Source: an uncultured Muribaculaceae bacterium (GTDB lineage Bacteria; Bacillota_I; Bacilli_A; RF39; UBA660). Taken from it: DNA of 41,791 bases. Positions 15,850 to 24,510 of this stretch are shown here, in pieces. Below the pieces are notes generated by a model. It ran no database searches. It worked only from the letters and a program-made list of their open reading frames with translations, and was not told the DNA's origin. Positions within the stretch are counted from its first letter, which is position 1; each line of letters opens with the position of its first letter. A program made the translations under genes and the position numbers. Location of the stretch: NCBI GenBank assembly GCA_964529195.1, contig CAZGWM010000002.1:1-41791 (forward strand), read 5' to 3'.

Positions 15850-18800
15850 TTATCTTACAATAAAGTGTTTTTTTACTGTATCTATTTTTGTATTTCCATC
15901 ATATAGCTCAAATACTAATTTATAACCTCTATAATTTAATTTATTATTAAAGTTTAAGGTTATTTCTTTAGCACTATCATTTGATTCATCTAAAGAATAT
16001 ACATAGTTATGAATGTTTGTTAATTCTTCTTTTAAAAATGTATTTATATCTACTTCAGTATATGTTTGATCATAAGCAGTTAGGTTTGTTTTTTCATATA
16101 AAGATATTCTTACACTTGGGTTTATAAATGTTCCTAGTTTACCAATTGATAGTGTTATTTTATCTTCATTTTTATCTATTATATTAGTATTTAAATTTAC
16201 ATTAAAGCCATGAGTTACTTCATATGCATCTTCCATGACTATAACAGGTATATTAATCTCTTTACTTGATGCTGGTGAGTTTTTACCATCTGGTGATATA
16301 ATTGATGTTATTTTTAAATAGTAAGTTCCTTTTGTTAGTTCTAGTTTTTCTTCATTTGTAGTTATTTTTATTTCATTTTCATTATTAGGTGTTATATATT
16401 TTATAATATCATCATTATCAGAAAGTATTTTTTCATTATTTATTTCAATATTTAGATAATCTAAATATTTTTTATTTAATTTATTTCCATTTGAATCAAC
16501 AAGCATTATATTAAGGCCAGTTTTATATGTTTCATATCTTGCATCTATTACATTATCTTTAAATAAGTAGTTTGATGTTATATTTATATTTGTTATTGAT
16601 TCTGTATTTAATATAATATTCTCAGCACTTGATGTGTGAGTTAACATCATACTTCCATTTTTATCATGATATATATTAAATGTTTTTATATCAGTATCTG
16701 GTGTTGATATTTTATGATCTTTATTTTTAGTTCTTTCTATATATAGTTTTATATTTTCATAATCTTTTTCTATATTAGAGTTTTTAAAATCTACTATTAT
16801 TTTAAAGTTATCATTTAATTCTGAATCTTCATTTATATAATTCTCGTTATCTTTCATGTTTTTAAAGTCTTCAAATTTATATGTTGCTTTTTTTACGCAA
16901 GATTCATCTAGTGGAGTGCAGCTTTCTTCAAAAGTAGTATTTTCATTTACTGTGTATTTATATATTTCTTTATTATTTAAATCAATTAGTTTTATTTCAG
17001 TTCCATTTGGTAGATTTATGCTTGATATTAAATTATGTTTATAATTTATTAGATCTTCAAAGTAAACTCCAGTTAAAGTGGTATTTAACGTTACTGATGA
17101 AGATGAGTTTATGTTATTATTATCATAGTTTTTATAATTATCATATCCTGGTGTTAGTGATGTTACATCATATCCCCCATAAACAATATGATCTGTATTT
17201 ATATATTTAATGTTATTTGATAGATCTGTTACTTTAGCATATATTACATATGTTCCTTTTTGGTTAATTGTTATTCCACTTGTATACTCGATCCACTCTT
17301 CTATTTGATGTGGGTCTACTATAGTGTTACTTACGTAGTAATATGACTTATCTAGCCCAGATAAACTATCTTCTGTATGAACAGTAAATGTTTCTTCTTT
17401 TGATATATAAAAGTATGATGCTTCATCGTTTAATTCATCCCATAAAACATCTTTTAGTGTAATTGATATTTCTGAGTCTGTTTTATCTAGCACAAATATA
17501 TCTGTATTTATATATGATACTCTATCTTTATAATCAGTTATTTTAAAGTATATTTCATATGTTCCTTCTTCTGATATTTTAGTTACATCTTCATATAAAG
17601 TCCATGTTATTTCATTTAAATCAGGTGTTAAGCTAGTATCATCATTTATAAAGTATTCAACTTTATTTATTGGAGTGAAGTTATTTACTCCATCTATAGC
17701 GAAGTTTATATTTGTATTTGAGTATACTGTTTCTTTTTCAATAACTGAAGATGCATACACTTTATCTTTTACATATATAGTTACATTTTCGCTTGATTTA
17801 TTATCATATTTTGTCTCTGGATAATTATTTATTATCCAATTTTCTTCATTAAAGTTTAAATCTTCATATAAAATATTATCTATTACTTGATATGTATTTA
17901 TACTTCCGGTATATGTTCCTTCACTTGTTATTTTATCACCTTCGATAAAGGTGTTTTGAAATGATAATGTATTATTATTTATATTTATTAATGGTATGTC
18001 TAGTGTATTAAATGTATCTTTTATTAAAACAGATCCACTATTTATATTTATAAATGCACTTTTATAAGGTGATATTATTTCACTTAGTGAGTATGTATTA
18101 TTTATGTTTAATATTCCATCATTTATTCCAGTTATTCCAGATGCGTATATTTTTGAGTTTATTTTTCCGGTTGAGTATGAATTTGATAATGTAGTTTCGC
18201 CTTCTGCTTTATATATAATTCCGGCCCCCATTTCATGAGCGTATACATCTGTTTTATTTACAATATTATTAAGATTTGAATCAGCAACAACGCCAGCTAC
18301 TCCTGATGCGTGTGATGAGTTATATTTTATAATGTATTTAACATCACTAAAAGTTATTAAATCACTTACATCAGTTATTGTTTCAATTTTTAAATTATTT
18401 ATATCACTTAACTCTATATTAAACATTCCACCAGTTATTATTTTATCATCTAGTTTAACAACTGTTTCACTTGGGTTATTTAATGTGTAATTACCAGTTA
18501 AATTTACTGATACAATATTATTTATTAGTAGTGATGGTAAGTTACTTAAATCTATATTAGTTTCAAGTAAGGTAGCTCCTATATATATGTTATTTATATT
18601 TATATCTTTTATTTCTTCTTTTTCTTCTGCCTTAGAAATAACATATCCATCTGTTATTATATTTTCGATATTAGAATTAACCGCGCTAGATGCTAAAGTA
18701 CTTGATATATTTCCTCCATATATTAATGAGTTTTTTATTGATAAGTTTTTTACTTCTCCATTTAAATCATTAAATAAAGCTAAATTTTCTTTATCATTAT

Positions 18801-19323
18801 CAGTCATATAAAGTCCATAGATTGTGTTTTCTTTAGCATCTATAAATCCTTTAAATGAATCTAAAGAAGGAAATATATTTATACTTCCTGATCTTACTCC
18901 ATTAAATTCTTCATTTTCATAGTACTGATTAGTATATGGATTAACAAAGTATACATCTTCATTTAAAATATATTTTATATGACCATCTTCGTATTTAAAT
19001 ATTCCACTATTTAAAACAATATTATTATTTATTTCAAAGTATGTATCTTCGTAGTTAGTATCTTTTAATTTTAAGCTTAAGTAAGCGAGCTCTCCTCCAT
19101 TTGAGATAATATAAGGATCTTCCTTACTTCCATCACCTGATCTATAAGATGAGGCGGTTGTTCCATCCCAGGCTGATCCTGTTATCAAAGGATCTCCATA
19201 TATGAATTTAGCAAGCGTTGGAAGAAATACTGATATTACTAGTATTGTTAAAATGATTATAATTGATAGTTTTATTTTCTTATCTTTTGGTAAATTAAGA
19301 AAATAGTTTTTTAATTTTTCCAT
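15850..19323 (-). CDS. Giant secreted adhesin-like protein: SipW-class signal, GLUG/beta-helix-like repeats, Ig-like repeats
   Basis: Signal ...VISVFLPTLAKFIYGD. WDGTTASSYRSGDGSKEDPYIISNGGELAYLS entry motif, then G-rich turns (GGNISS, ASGVAGVV, GAGIIY, ASGITGI). Two repeats of the ...W..Y......EGTYxIYxKxTDxxxxxxYINTDxxV type. No LPXTG. Confidence 0.7.
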   Translation of the reverse strand: MEKLKNYFLNLPKDKKIKLSIIIILTILVISVFLPTLAKFIYGDPLITGSAWDGTTASSYRSGDGSKEDPYIISNGGELAYLSLKLKDTNYEDTYFEINNNIVLNSGIFKYEDGHIKYILNEDVYFVNPYTNQYYENEEFNGVRSGSINIFPSLDSFKGFIDAKENTIYGLYMTDNDKENLALFNDLNGEVKNLSIKNSLIYGGNISSTLASSAVNSNIENIITDGYVISKAEEKEEIKDININNIYIGATLLETNIDLSNLPSLLINNIVSVNLTGNYTLNNPSETVVKLDDKIITGGMFNIELSDINNLKIETITDVSDLITFSDVKYIIKYNSSHASGVAGVVADSNLNNIVNKTDVYAHEMGAGIIYKAEGETTLSNSYSTGKINSKIYASGITGINDGILNINNTYSLSEIISPYKSAFININSGSVLIKDTFNTLDIPLININNNTLSFQNTFIEGDKITSEGTYTGSINTYQVIDNILYEDLNFNEENWIINNYPETKYDNKSSENVTIYVKDKVYASSVIEKETVYSNTNINFAIDGVNNFTPINKVEYFINDDTSLTPDLNEITWTLYEDVTKISEEGTYEIYFKITDYKDRVSYINTDIFVLDKTDSEISITLKDVLWDELNDEASYFYISKEETFTVHTEDSLSGLDKSYYYVSNTIVDPHQIEEWIEYTSGITINQKGTYVIYAKVTDLSNNIKYINTDHIVYGGYDVTSLTPGYDNYKNYDNNNINSSSSVTLNTTLTGVYFEDLINYKHNLISSINLPNGTEIKLIDLNNKEIYKYTVNENTTFEESCTPLDESCVKKATYKFEDFKNMKDNENYINEDSELNDNFKIIVDFKNSNIEKDYENIKLYIERTKNKDHKISTPDTDIKTFNIYHDKNGSMMLTHTSSAENIILNTESITNINITSNYLFKDNVIDARYETYKTGLNIMLVDSNGNKLNKKYLDYLNIEINNEKILSDNDDIIKYITPNNENEIKITTNEEKLELTKGTYYLKITSIISPDGKNSPASSKEINIPVIVMEDAYEVTHGFNVNLNTNIIDKNEDKITLSIGKLGTFINPSVRISLYEKTNLTAYDQTYTEVDINTFLKEELTNIHNYVYSLDESNDSAKEITLNFNNKLNYRGYKLVFELYDGNTKIDTVKKHFIVR

Positions 19324-19359
19324 TTAATCATTCCTTTATATATTTGCCTACTCTGCTTT

Positions 19360-19368
19360 ATTATAACA
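19360..19368 (-). promoter_or_regulatory. Extended -10 element (TGtTATAAT) upstream of the 1157-aa gene
   Basis: Minus strand TGTTATAAT about 37 nt upstream of the ATG at 19323, just after the terminator at 19389..19415. The -35 is weak. Confidence 0.4.
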
Positions 19369-19388
19369 TATTCTTATCTTTTATTACA

Positions 19389-19415
19389 CTAAAAAAACTC
19401 CAAATTATGGAGTTT
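19389..19415 (-). terminator. Rho-independent terminator after the 535-aa gene
   Basis: Minus strand AAACTCC-ATAATTT-GGAGTTT hairpin overlapping the stop, followed by TTTTTT. Confidence 0.65.
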
Positions 19416-21021
19416 AATTAGCGTCTTCTATTTTTTTAACTTGAACCATGAACCATAGTTTTTCAACTGTTAATTGGCTATGTTCTAGCTCCTCAGTTCT
19501 TAAGATTAAGTTAATTCTATCTAGAAGATCATTTATATTTTCAGGAAAAAGGTTTTCACTGATTATATTTATGTTTAAAAGTCTATATTTATTAATAATT
19601 ACTCTTGCTATACTAGCCTCATCAAATCCAGTTACTGGGCATATTATGACGTTTGTTTCATCCATTGCAAATATATCAAAACTTTCACTATAATCAACTA
19701 GTTCTTCATATGTTTCAAGATCATATGATGCACTTATTGCTTCTTTTTTATAGTAATCAAAACTATAATATAAATGCAGTAAATCTTTTAAGGCAAAGTT
19801 TTTATTTATAATATTTATTACTTTGACATCAAAGTTTTCATCATCATATTTTTTATATAGCTCTTTTAATCCTCTTGCTATTTTAACTGATTCAATCTTT
19901 AAATCTTTTTTATCTTCTTGTTTAAAATTTAATAGCTTACTAGGATTATTAAATATTTTACGATTTAATTTAGCTAAGTTTTTTTCTTCTTTTTCAATTT
20001 GACTTAGTAATTCTTTTAATTTTTTATTTAAATCATTTTTATTTGCATTATAGTTTTCATCTTTTAAGTATTTGGTTTTAAAGCTTGTTATAAGAGGTGC
20101 AAATTTAACATAGTTAGAATATTCTTCTACGTTTCCTTTTAATCTAAATAGGCTTTCAAAGAATTTATTCATTGAGGCTTTATCTTCTTTATTTAGTGTA
20201 TCAAGCATCAGTGAGTTATATGTTGAGACTCTTACCTTAGATTCTTCAAAGAAGTGATTAACATCTATTTCACCTGATTTAGACATTTCGATGATGTCAT
20301 ATATATTTTCTTTGCTTTTTATATTTAGTTCTTGATATAAACTTTCTAGTTTTTTTATGCATCCAGTATAATCCATATTACTTTTTAGTTTTATATCATT
20401 TTGAAGGCTTATAACATATGAAGTAAATTCTTTTTCATGTTTTCTGATTAATTTTTTAAAGTTTAATTCAATATGTGAGATTAATTCCGGGTTTTCCCAG
20501 TATAGTTTTTCAAATATTTCCGTTAAGTCTTCTTTACTATCTTTATTTTTTCTTACTTCTAAAAATGATGTCATAAATTCATATACATAGCATGTATAGT
20601 CAAAGTCATTTTTAGTTAACGCTATTCCGACCATTTCAAATTTTGATATTAGTTCTTCAAATATTTCTTTTGTTATAGTTAAATCTATTTCTTTTGAGTT
20701 ACTTAATTTATAAAATATTGAGTCAAATCCCATTTTTTCAAAGTATGAGTTAGTTGGATTTAAAATAAATCTAACATTTTCTAAAGCTGATATTTGTTTA
20801 GTTAGTGATGATATATCTCTAGTATCAGGCTGATTAAATGATTTACTTTTAAGTGATAAATATTTTTTTACTGAAAGATCATATTCTTTATATGTTTTAG
20901 CAAATTCATCTACTTTTTCATTTAATTTACGTCTGTTTGTTTTAGTTTTTACTGGCATTGATGTTAGTAGTAGTTTTTTTGATTTTGTATCTTCTTTAAC
21001 AAATTCTAAAAAGTTAGCCAT
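19414..21021 (-). CDS. Hypothetical cytoplasmic helical/coiled-coil protein (no TM, no signal)
   Basis: 535-aa ORF, K/E-rich, no recognisable motif. The start ATG overlaps the stop of a 46-codon ORF (TAATG). Confidence 0.7.
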   Translation of the reverse strand: MANFLEFVKEDTKSKKLLLTSMPVKTKTNRRKLNEKVDEFAKTYKEYDLSVKKYLSLKSKSFNQPDTRDISSLTKQISALENVRFILNPTNSYFEKMGFDSIFYKLSNSKEIDLTITKEIFEELISKFEMVGIALTKNDFDYTCYVYEFMTSFLEVRKNKDSKEDLTEIFEKLYWENPELISHIELNFKKLIRKHEKEFTSYVISLQNDIKLKSNMDYTGCIKKLESLYQELNIKSKENIYDIIEMSKSGEIDVNHFFEESKVRVSTYNSLMLDTLNKEDKASMNKFFESLFRLKGNVEEYSNYVKFAPLITSFKTKYLKDENYNANKNDLNKKLKELLSQIEKEEKNLAKLNRKIFNNPSKLLNFKQEDKKDLKIESVKIARGLKELYKKYDDENFDVKVINIINKNFALKDLLHLYYSFDYYKKEAISASYDLETYEELVDYSESFDIFAMDETNVIICPVTGFDEASIARVIINKYRLLNINIISENLFPENINDLLDRINLILRTEELEHSQLTVEKLWFMVQVKKIEDAN

Positions 21022-21161
21022 TAATCATCACCTCCATCTTCCTCTATTTTTATATCTTCTAAGTCAGATAAGAATTCTTTTATTTCATCATGGAGACTTA
21101 ATAATTCGGTTAATGTTAAAGTAGATAAATCAAAGTCTACTTTTTTTATTTCTTTACTCAT
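21021..21161 (-). CDS. Small acidic protein, 46 aa (not in the supplied ORF track)
   Basis: My translation: MSKEIKKVDFDLSTLTLTELLSLHDEIKEFLSDLEDIKIEEDGGDD. AAGGGTGA RBS 6 nt upstream. It exactly fills the gap between two genes and is coupled to the downstream ATG by a TAATG overlap. Confidence 0.55.
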   Translation of the reverse strand: MSKEIKKVDFDLSTLTLTELLSLHDEIKEFLSDLEDIKIEEDGGDD

Positions 21162-21175
21162 ATTTTTCACCCTTT

Positions 21176-22246
21176 TTACACTTCGTATCCAGCTAAGTCT
21201 TTTACAAAGTTTATTATTACATCTAAATCTGTTCCTTTTGAGTAAGATTCTAAGCTATCTAAATCTTGACCTTCAAGCCATATATATACTCTTGCTTTTG
21301 TTACTGCATTTGGCACTTGAAATATTGGTTGTTCGAATGTTTTAATTGTATTTTGAAGTGCAAAGTTTTCAGTTATTAAAGGTATTCCAGTTCCAGCATG
21401 TCCATTTGTATGATCTAGCCTTTTACCTTCTCTTATCATACCATAAGTTGGGGTATAAAATCCATCAATTAATGTTACTCCATATACAGCAGCATCTTCA
21501 ATTGAAGGTTCGCTGTGAGAAGTATGATATGGTTCCCATATTACAAATTCACAATTATTATTACATTTTATATTTTGAATATCTGAAAGTGGTGCATCAT
21601 GTGGAAGTGACCCTATTTTGATTACTCCAACTCTTATTGAGTTCATAATTCCATCCATTGCTTCTCTTACTTCTTCAGATGTATCTTCTTTATATTCAAT
21701 TGTTGTTTCTTCATCAAAAAATAAATTATCTGGAAGTGGTGATCCACTTGCGTTTTTTAAGAATATATCAAAAGCTACATAGTAGTTAGATCCATTTGCT
21801 TTATCTTCACTTGCTTTTACAGCATTTAATAATCTTTTTGTTGCTCCATTTGGATATTTATCTCTTGTTCTTATTAGCTCTCCTGCAAAAATATCAAATT
21901 TATCATGATTAGGAGATAATAGGCCATTTGTTGAAACAGGCCATAGTCCATATGACCACTGATTAGTATGATTTGGATACGTTGCTTTAAGATCCATAAT
22001 AATACTATCCATTGATATATAGACTGAATCTGAGTAATCTACTCCATCAAGTGATATGAATAATCCACTGTTACTTGATACTGATAATTGAACAAAATGA
22101 ATTTTAACATTTAAAGCAGATGATAACCATGCATATGTTGATGCAGTTACTAAAAGCGCTGTTAAAAAAGTTACAAGAAATAAAGTTCTTCTATTTTTAA
22201 ATCTGAAAAATTTTTGTCTTTTTATTTTAATTGTAGCTTCGTTCAT
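21176..22246 (-). CDS. Island family paralogue E (divergent, 356 aa), SipW-class signal
   Basis: Signal ...LLVTASTYAWLSS. Shares YVAFDIFLKNASGSPL, MNSIRVGVIKIG, VIWEPYH and ARVYIWLEGQDLDSLESYSKGTDLDVIINF with the other paralogues. Confidence 0.75.
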   Translation of the reverse strand: MNEATIKIKRQKFFRFKNRRTLFLVTFLTALLVTASTYAWLSSALNVKIHFVQLSVSSNSGLFISLDGVDYSDSVYISMDSIIMDLKATYPNHTNQWSYGLWPVSTNGLLSPNHDKFDIFAGELIRTRDKYPNGATKRLLNAVKASEDKANGSNYYVAFDIFLKNASGSPLPDNLFFDEETTIEYKEDTSEEVREAMDGIMNSIRVGVIKIGSLPHDAPLSDIQNIKCNNNCEFVIWEPYHTSHSEPSIEDAAVYGVTLIDGFYTPTYGMIREGKRLDHTNGHAGTGIPLITENFALQNTIKTFEQPIFQVPNAVTKARVYIWLEGQDLDSLESYSKGTDLDVIINFVKDLAGYEV

Positions 22247-22270
22247 TTTATTTACCTCATTTATTAATAA

Positions 22271-22300
22271 TGAAAGAGTAACCGAAATGATTACTCTTCA
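22271..22300 (-). terminator. Intergenic hairpin (partial terminator or attenuator) between paralogues D and E
   Basis: TGAAAGAGTAA-ccgaaatga-TTACTCTTCA stem with one bulge. No clean T-run on the minus strand, so probably leaky. Confidence 0.35.
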
Positions 22301-22354
22301 TTATTTTATAATATTAAATAATCATAATTTTATTTAACATTTATTACACTAATT

Positions 22355-23632
22355 TTATGGTGTTTCAGTTGTTGTTGGTTGTGTTGTTGGTGTAACTGAT
22401 GTAATAGCAGGTCCATCATAACCAGGAATATCAGATTGTACATATCTTTGTTTTGTAAATCCGAAGTTTACTAGTATACTTTTTCCGATTGATGCAAAGT
22501 CATAGTTATCTATGTCTTGTCCTTCAATATAAATGTATACTCTTACTTTTGTTACACTGTTTGGAGCAAGTGTCATAAATGTTGGACGGCTTGTTCCTGT
22601 TAGTAATTTCATACTATCTGTAAAATATGGATATGCGTATAATGGTTTTTCATTATCATCATCTTCACCAGCTGTTGTTGTATATCCGTTGAACGCAGCT
22701 CCATCATATACGTCTACTCTATCACTTGAACCAATTACTTGGTTAACAGCATATGTAGGATATGAAGTTCCATCTACAACTGTACCGCAAGCTCCATCAA
22801 ATGAGTCTGAATCATTTAGATCTAATCCTGTTCTTGCTTTACATGATGTTTCATACCAGCTAATTGCGCCACCAACGTGATCTGTATCATTTGGTTCCCA
22901 AATTTGTGCTGATTTTGTACAAATTCCAGTTACTCCAGCTGCTGTTGCACAAGTAATACCTGTAATATCAGATGCTGATGCTGTTTTAGCGTTTACACGT
23001 CCGATTTGTGCAAATGCTACTCTTACTGAGTTTTCAATTCCTGTATTAGGAACTCCTGTACCAGCTTCATTTACAACTACTGCTGAGTCTACTGATAAGT
23101 AAATTGCTTCTTCATCAAGTGGTTCATAATCTGTGAAGTATGCTGCACCTGAATGATTTTTAATAAATAAATCAAATGCTACATAACCATTGTTATCATA
23201 TTTATGATCTTCTTGACCTTCAACACTAGCATCCCCGTTTTTAACACGGCTTGCCATTAATCTAAATCCACCTAGAGATGTTGTTATACTTGCTTTTTCG
23301 TATAATACCATTCTTGATGATTCAGAATCAATTTTACCTACTGATGACATTGGGATTAATCCATTACCTGACCACCAGTTTGTGTTGCCTTCGTATGAAA
23401 CTGTTTTAAAGTTATCTGAGTTAATTGCAACTGTTCCGCCCCAGTCTTCTCCATTTAGTGATAATTCAAGATCATCTGTAGTTGCGATTGTAACATCAAA
23501 GTTTGTTACGTTAACTGTTTGCAGTCCGATAAACCATGCATAAGTAGATACAGATAAAATTATCGCTGTTAAAGATAAAGCAATAACTAAGTTTCTGACA
23601 CGATTTTTGTGTCTATCTTTTTGTTCTTTCAT
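22355..23632 (-). CDS. Island family paralogue D (425 aa), Gly/Ala/Thr-rich, Thr/Pro tail
   Basis: Signal ...IILSVSTYAWFIGLQTVNVTNFDVTIA. YVAFDLFIKNHSGAAY, GIENSVRVAFAQIGRV, IWEPNDTDH and VRVYIYIEGQDIDNYDFASIGKSILVNFGFTKQR. The C-terminus is TPTTQPTTTETP. Confidence 0.8.
   Translation of the reverse strand: MKEQKDRHKNRVRNLVIALSLTAIILSVSTYAWFIGLQTVNVTNFDVTIATTDDLELSLNGEDWGGTVAINSDNFKTVSYEGNTNWWSGNGLIPMSSVGKIDSESSRMVLYEKASITTSLGGFRLMASRVKNGDASVEGQEDHKYDNNGYVAFDLFIKNHSGAAYFTDYEPLDEEAIYLSVDSAVVVNEAGTGVPNTGIENSVRVAFAQIGRVNAKTASASDITGITCATAAGVTGICTKSAQIWEPNDTDHVGGAISWYETSCKARTGLDLNDSDSFDGACGTVVDGTSYPTYAVNQVIGSSDRVDVYDGAAFNGYTTTAGEDDDNEKPLYAYPYFTDSMKLLTGTSRPTFMTLAPNSVTKVRVYIYIEGQDIDNYDFASIGKSILVNFGFTKQRYVQSDIPGYDGPAITSVTPTTQPTTTETP
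23511..23545. repeat. 35-nt block shared between paralogue genes (33/35 identical to 25859..25893)
   Basis: ttaactgtttgcagtccGataaaccatgcAtaagt versus ttaactgtttgcagtccAataaaccatgcGtaagt. It encodes the signal-peptide end and the first mature residues. Other shared blocks: 22445..22465 = 24829..24849 (21/21) and 22515..22545 versus 24899..24929 (30/31). Confidence 0.9.
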
Positions 23633-23647
23633 AATTACCTCTTTCCT

Positions 23648-24340
23648 CTATTTAATTATTTCTGATTTAAAATCCATATGGATTTTAATCTGACCACCCA
23701 GAATGTTATCGGTTGTTTCTGGATCGGTCCCTTCTAGCCATAAGACTATCGTATACTTGTCGCTATCTCCTGGTGCAAAATTTTGTACATGGTCTCTTGC
23801 AACAAGGGTACTTGTAGTAAAAGGTGTAGTATTAGGCTCAGGCATATTATTTCTAGACATCATGGCGTAGGTTGTTGCCTCACCATTTTTGTATAGTCTA
23901 ATTCGCACTGCTTCATCTACACTTTTAGTAGCATCATCTATTATTATTTCTGACCAGTAGTCAGCTATTTCATTTCCAAGGTTTTCTACATAAAAAGTAT
24001 ATGCGACAAAGTTCTCTCCGTTATGTGATCCATTACTTCTTGTATCAAGATTATCAGGTAGCCATGTTCCTGATATGTTATCAAAATGATTCATAGTTTC
24101 AGCAAACAGCTCAGATCTAAATACTTTGTAATCTGGATCATCATATATAATGATGTTATTTTTAGTATATAACTCTCTTTGTAAGTTAACACTAAAACTT
24201 CCACCTTTATACATTAATTCAAATACTAAATATGTTATTAGTAATAAAAGTAATATAAATAAAATAATCAGTTTTAGTATTTTAGTTACTTTCTTCTTAC
24301 GTCTGAGTTTTTTAGCACTTATCTCTATTTCTTTTTTCAT
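23648..24340 (-). CDS. Short island family member C (230 aa) with long basic N-terminus and TM helix
   Basis: MKKEIEISAKKLRRKKKVTKILKLIILFILLLLLITYLVFEL. FVAYTFYVENLGNEIA and YTIVLWLEGTDPETTDNILGGQIKIHMDF align with the paralogue motifs. Confidence 0.7.
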   Translation of the reverse strand: MKKEIEISAKKLRRKKKVTKILKLIILFILLLLLITYLVFELMYKGGSFSVNLQRELYTKNNIIIYDDPDYKVFRSELFAETMNHFDNISGTWLPDNLDTRSNGSHNGENFVAYTFYVENLGNEIADYWSEIIIDDATKSVDEAVRIRLYKNGEATTYAMMSRNNMPEPNTTPFTTSTLVARDHVQNFAPGDSDKYTIVLWLEGTDPETTDNILGGQIKIHMDFKSEIIK

Positions 24341-24409
24341 AAAAACCCTTTTCCATTATAATTTTTTGATGTTACTCTTTATACACACCCTATCTTAATA
24401 TACAAATTA

Positions 24410-24438
24410 ATCTTATCAACTTAGATGATGTTTGTCAA
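24410..24438 (-). promoter_or_regulatory. Sigma-A-type promoter for genes C, D (and E)
   Basis: Minus strand TTGACA (24438..24433), 17 nt, TAAGAT (24415..24410). Confidence 0.55.
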
Positions 24439-24471
24439 TTCCATTTTGACTTTTTCTATGGTTTTTTATAA

Positions 24472-24500
24472 TAAAAATAAAAAAAGTGCGTTAGCACTTT
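24472..24500 (-). terminator. Strong Rho-independent terminator after paralogue B
   Basis: Minus strand AAAGTGC-TAAC-GCACTTT followed by TTTTTTATTTTT. Confidence 0.75.
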
Positions 24501-24510
24501 TGGTTTATTA

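Noticed and set aside
22533-22880. 115-aa plus-strand ORF antisense to paralogue D
   Set aside because: The open frame is a by-product of the higher G+C, Gly/Ala/Thr-rich coding on the minus strand. It has no RBS and no motif.
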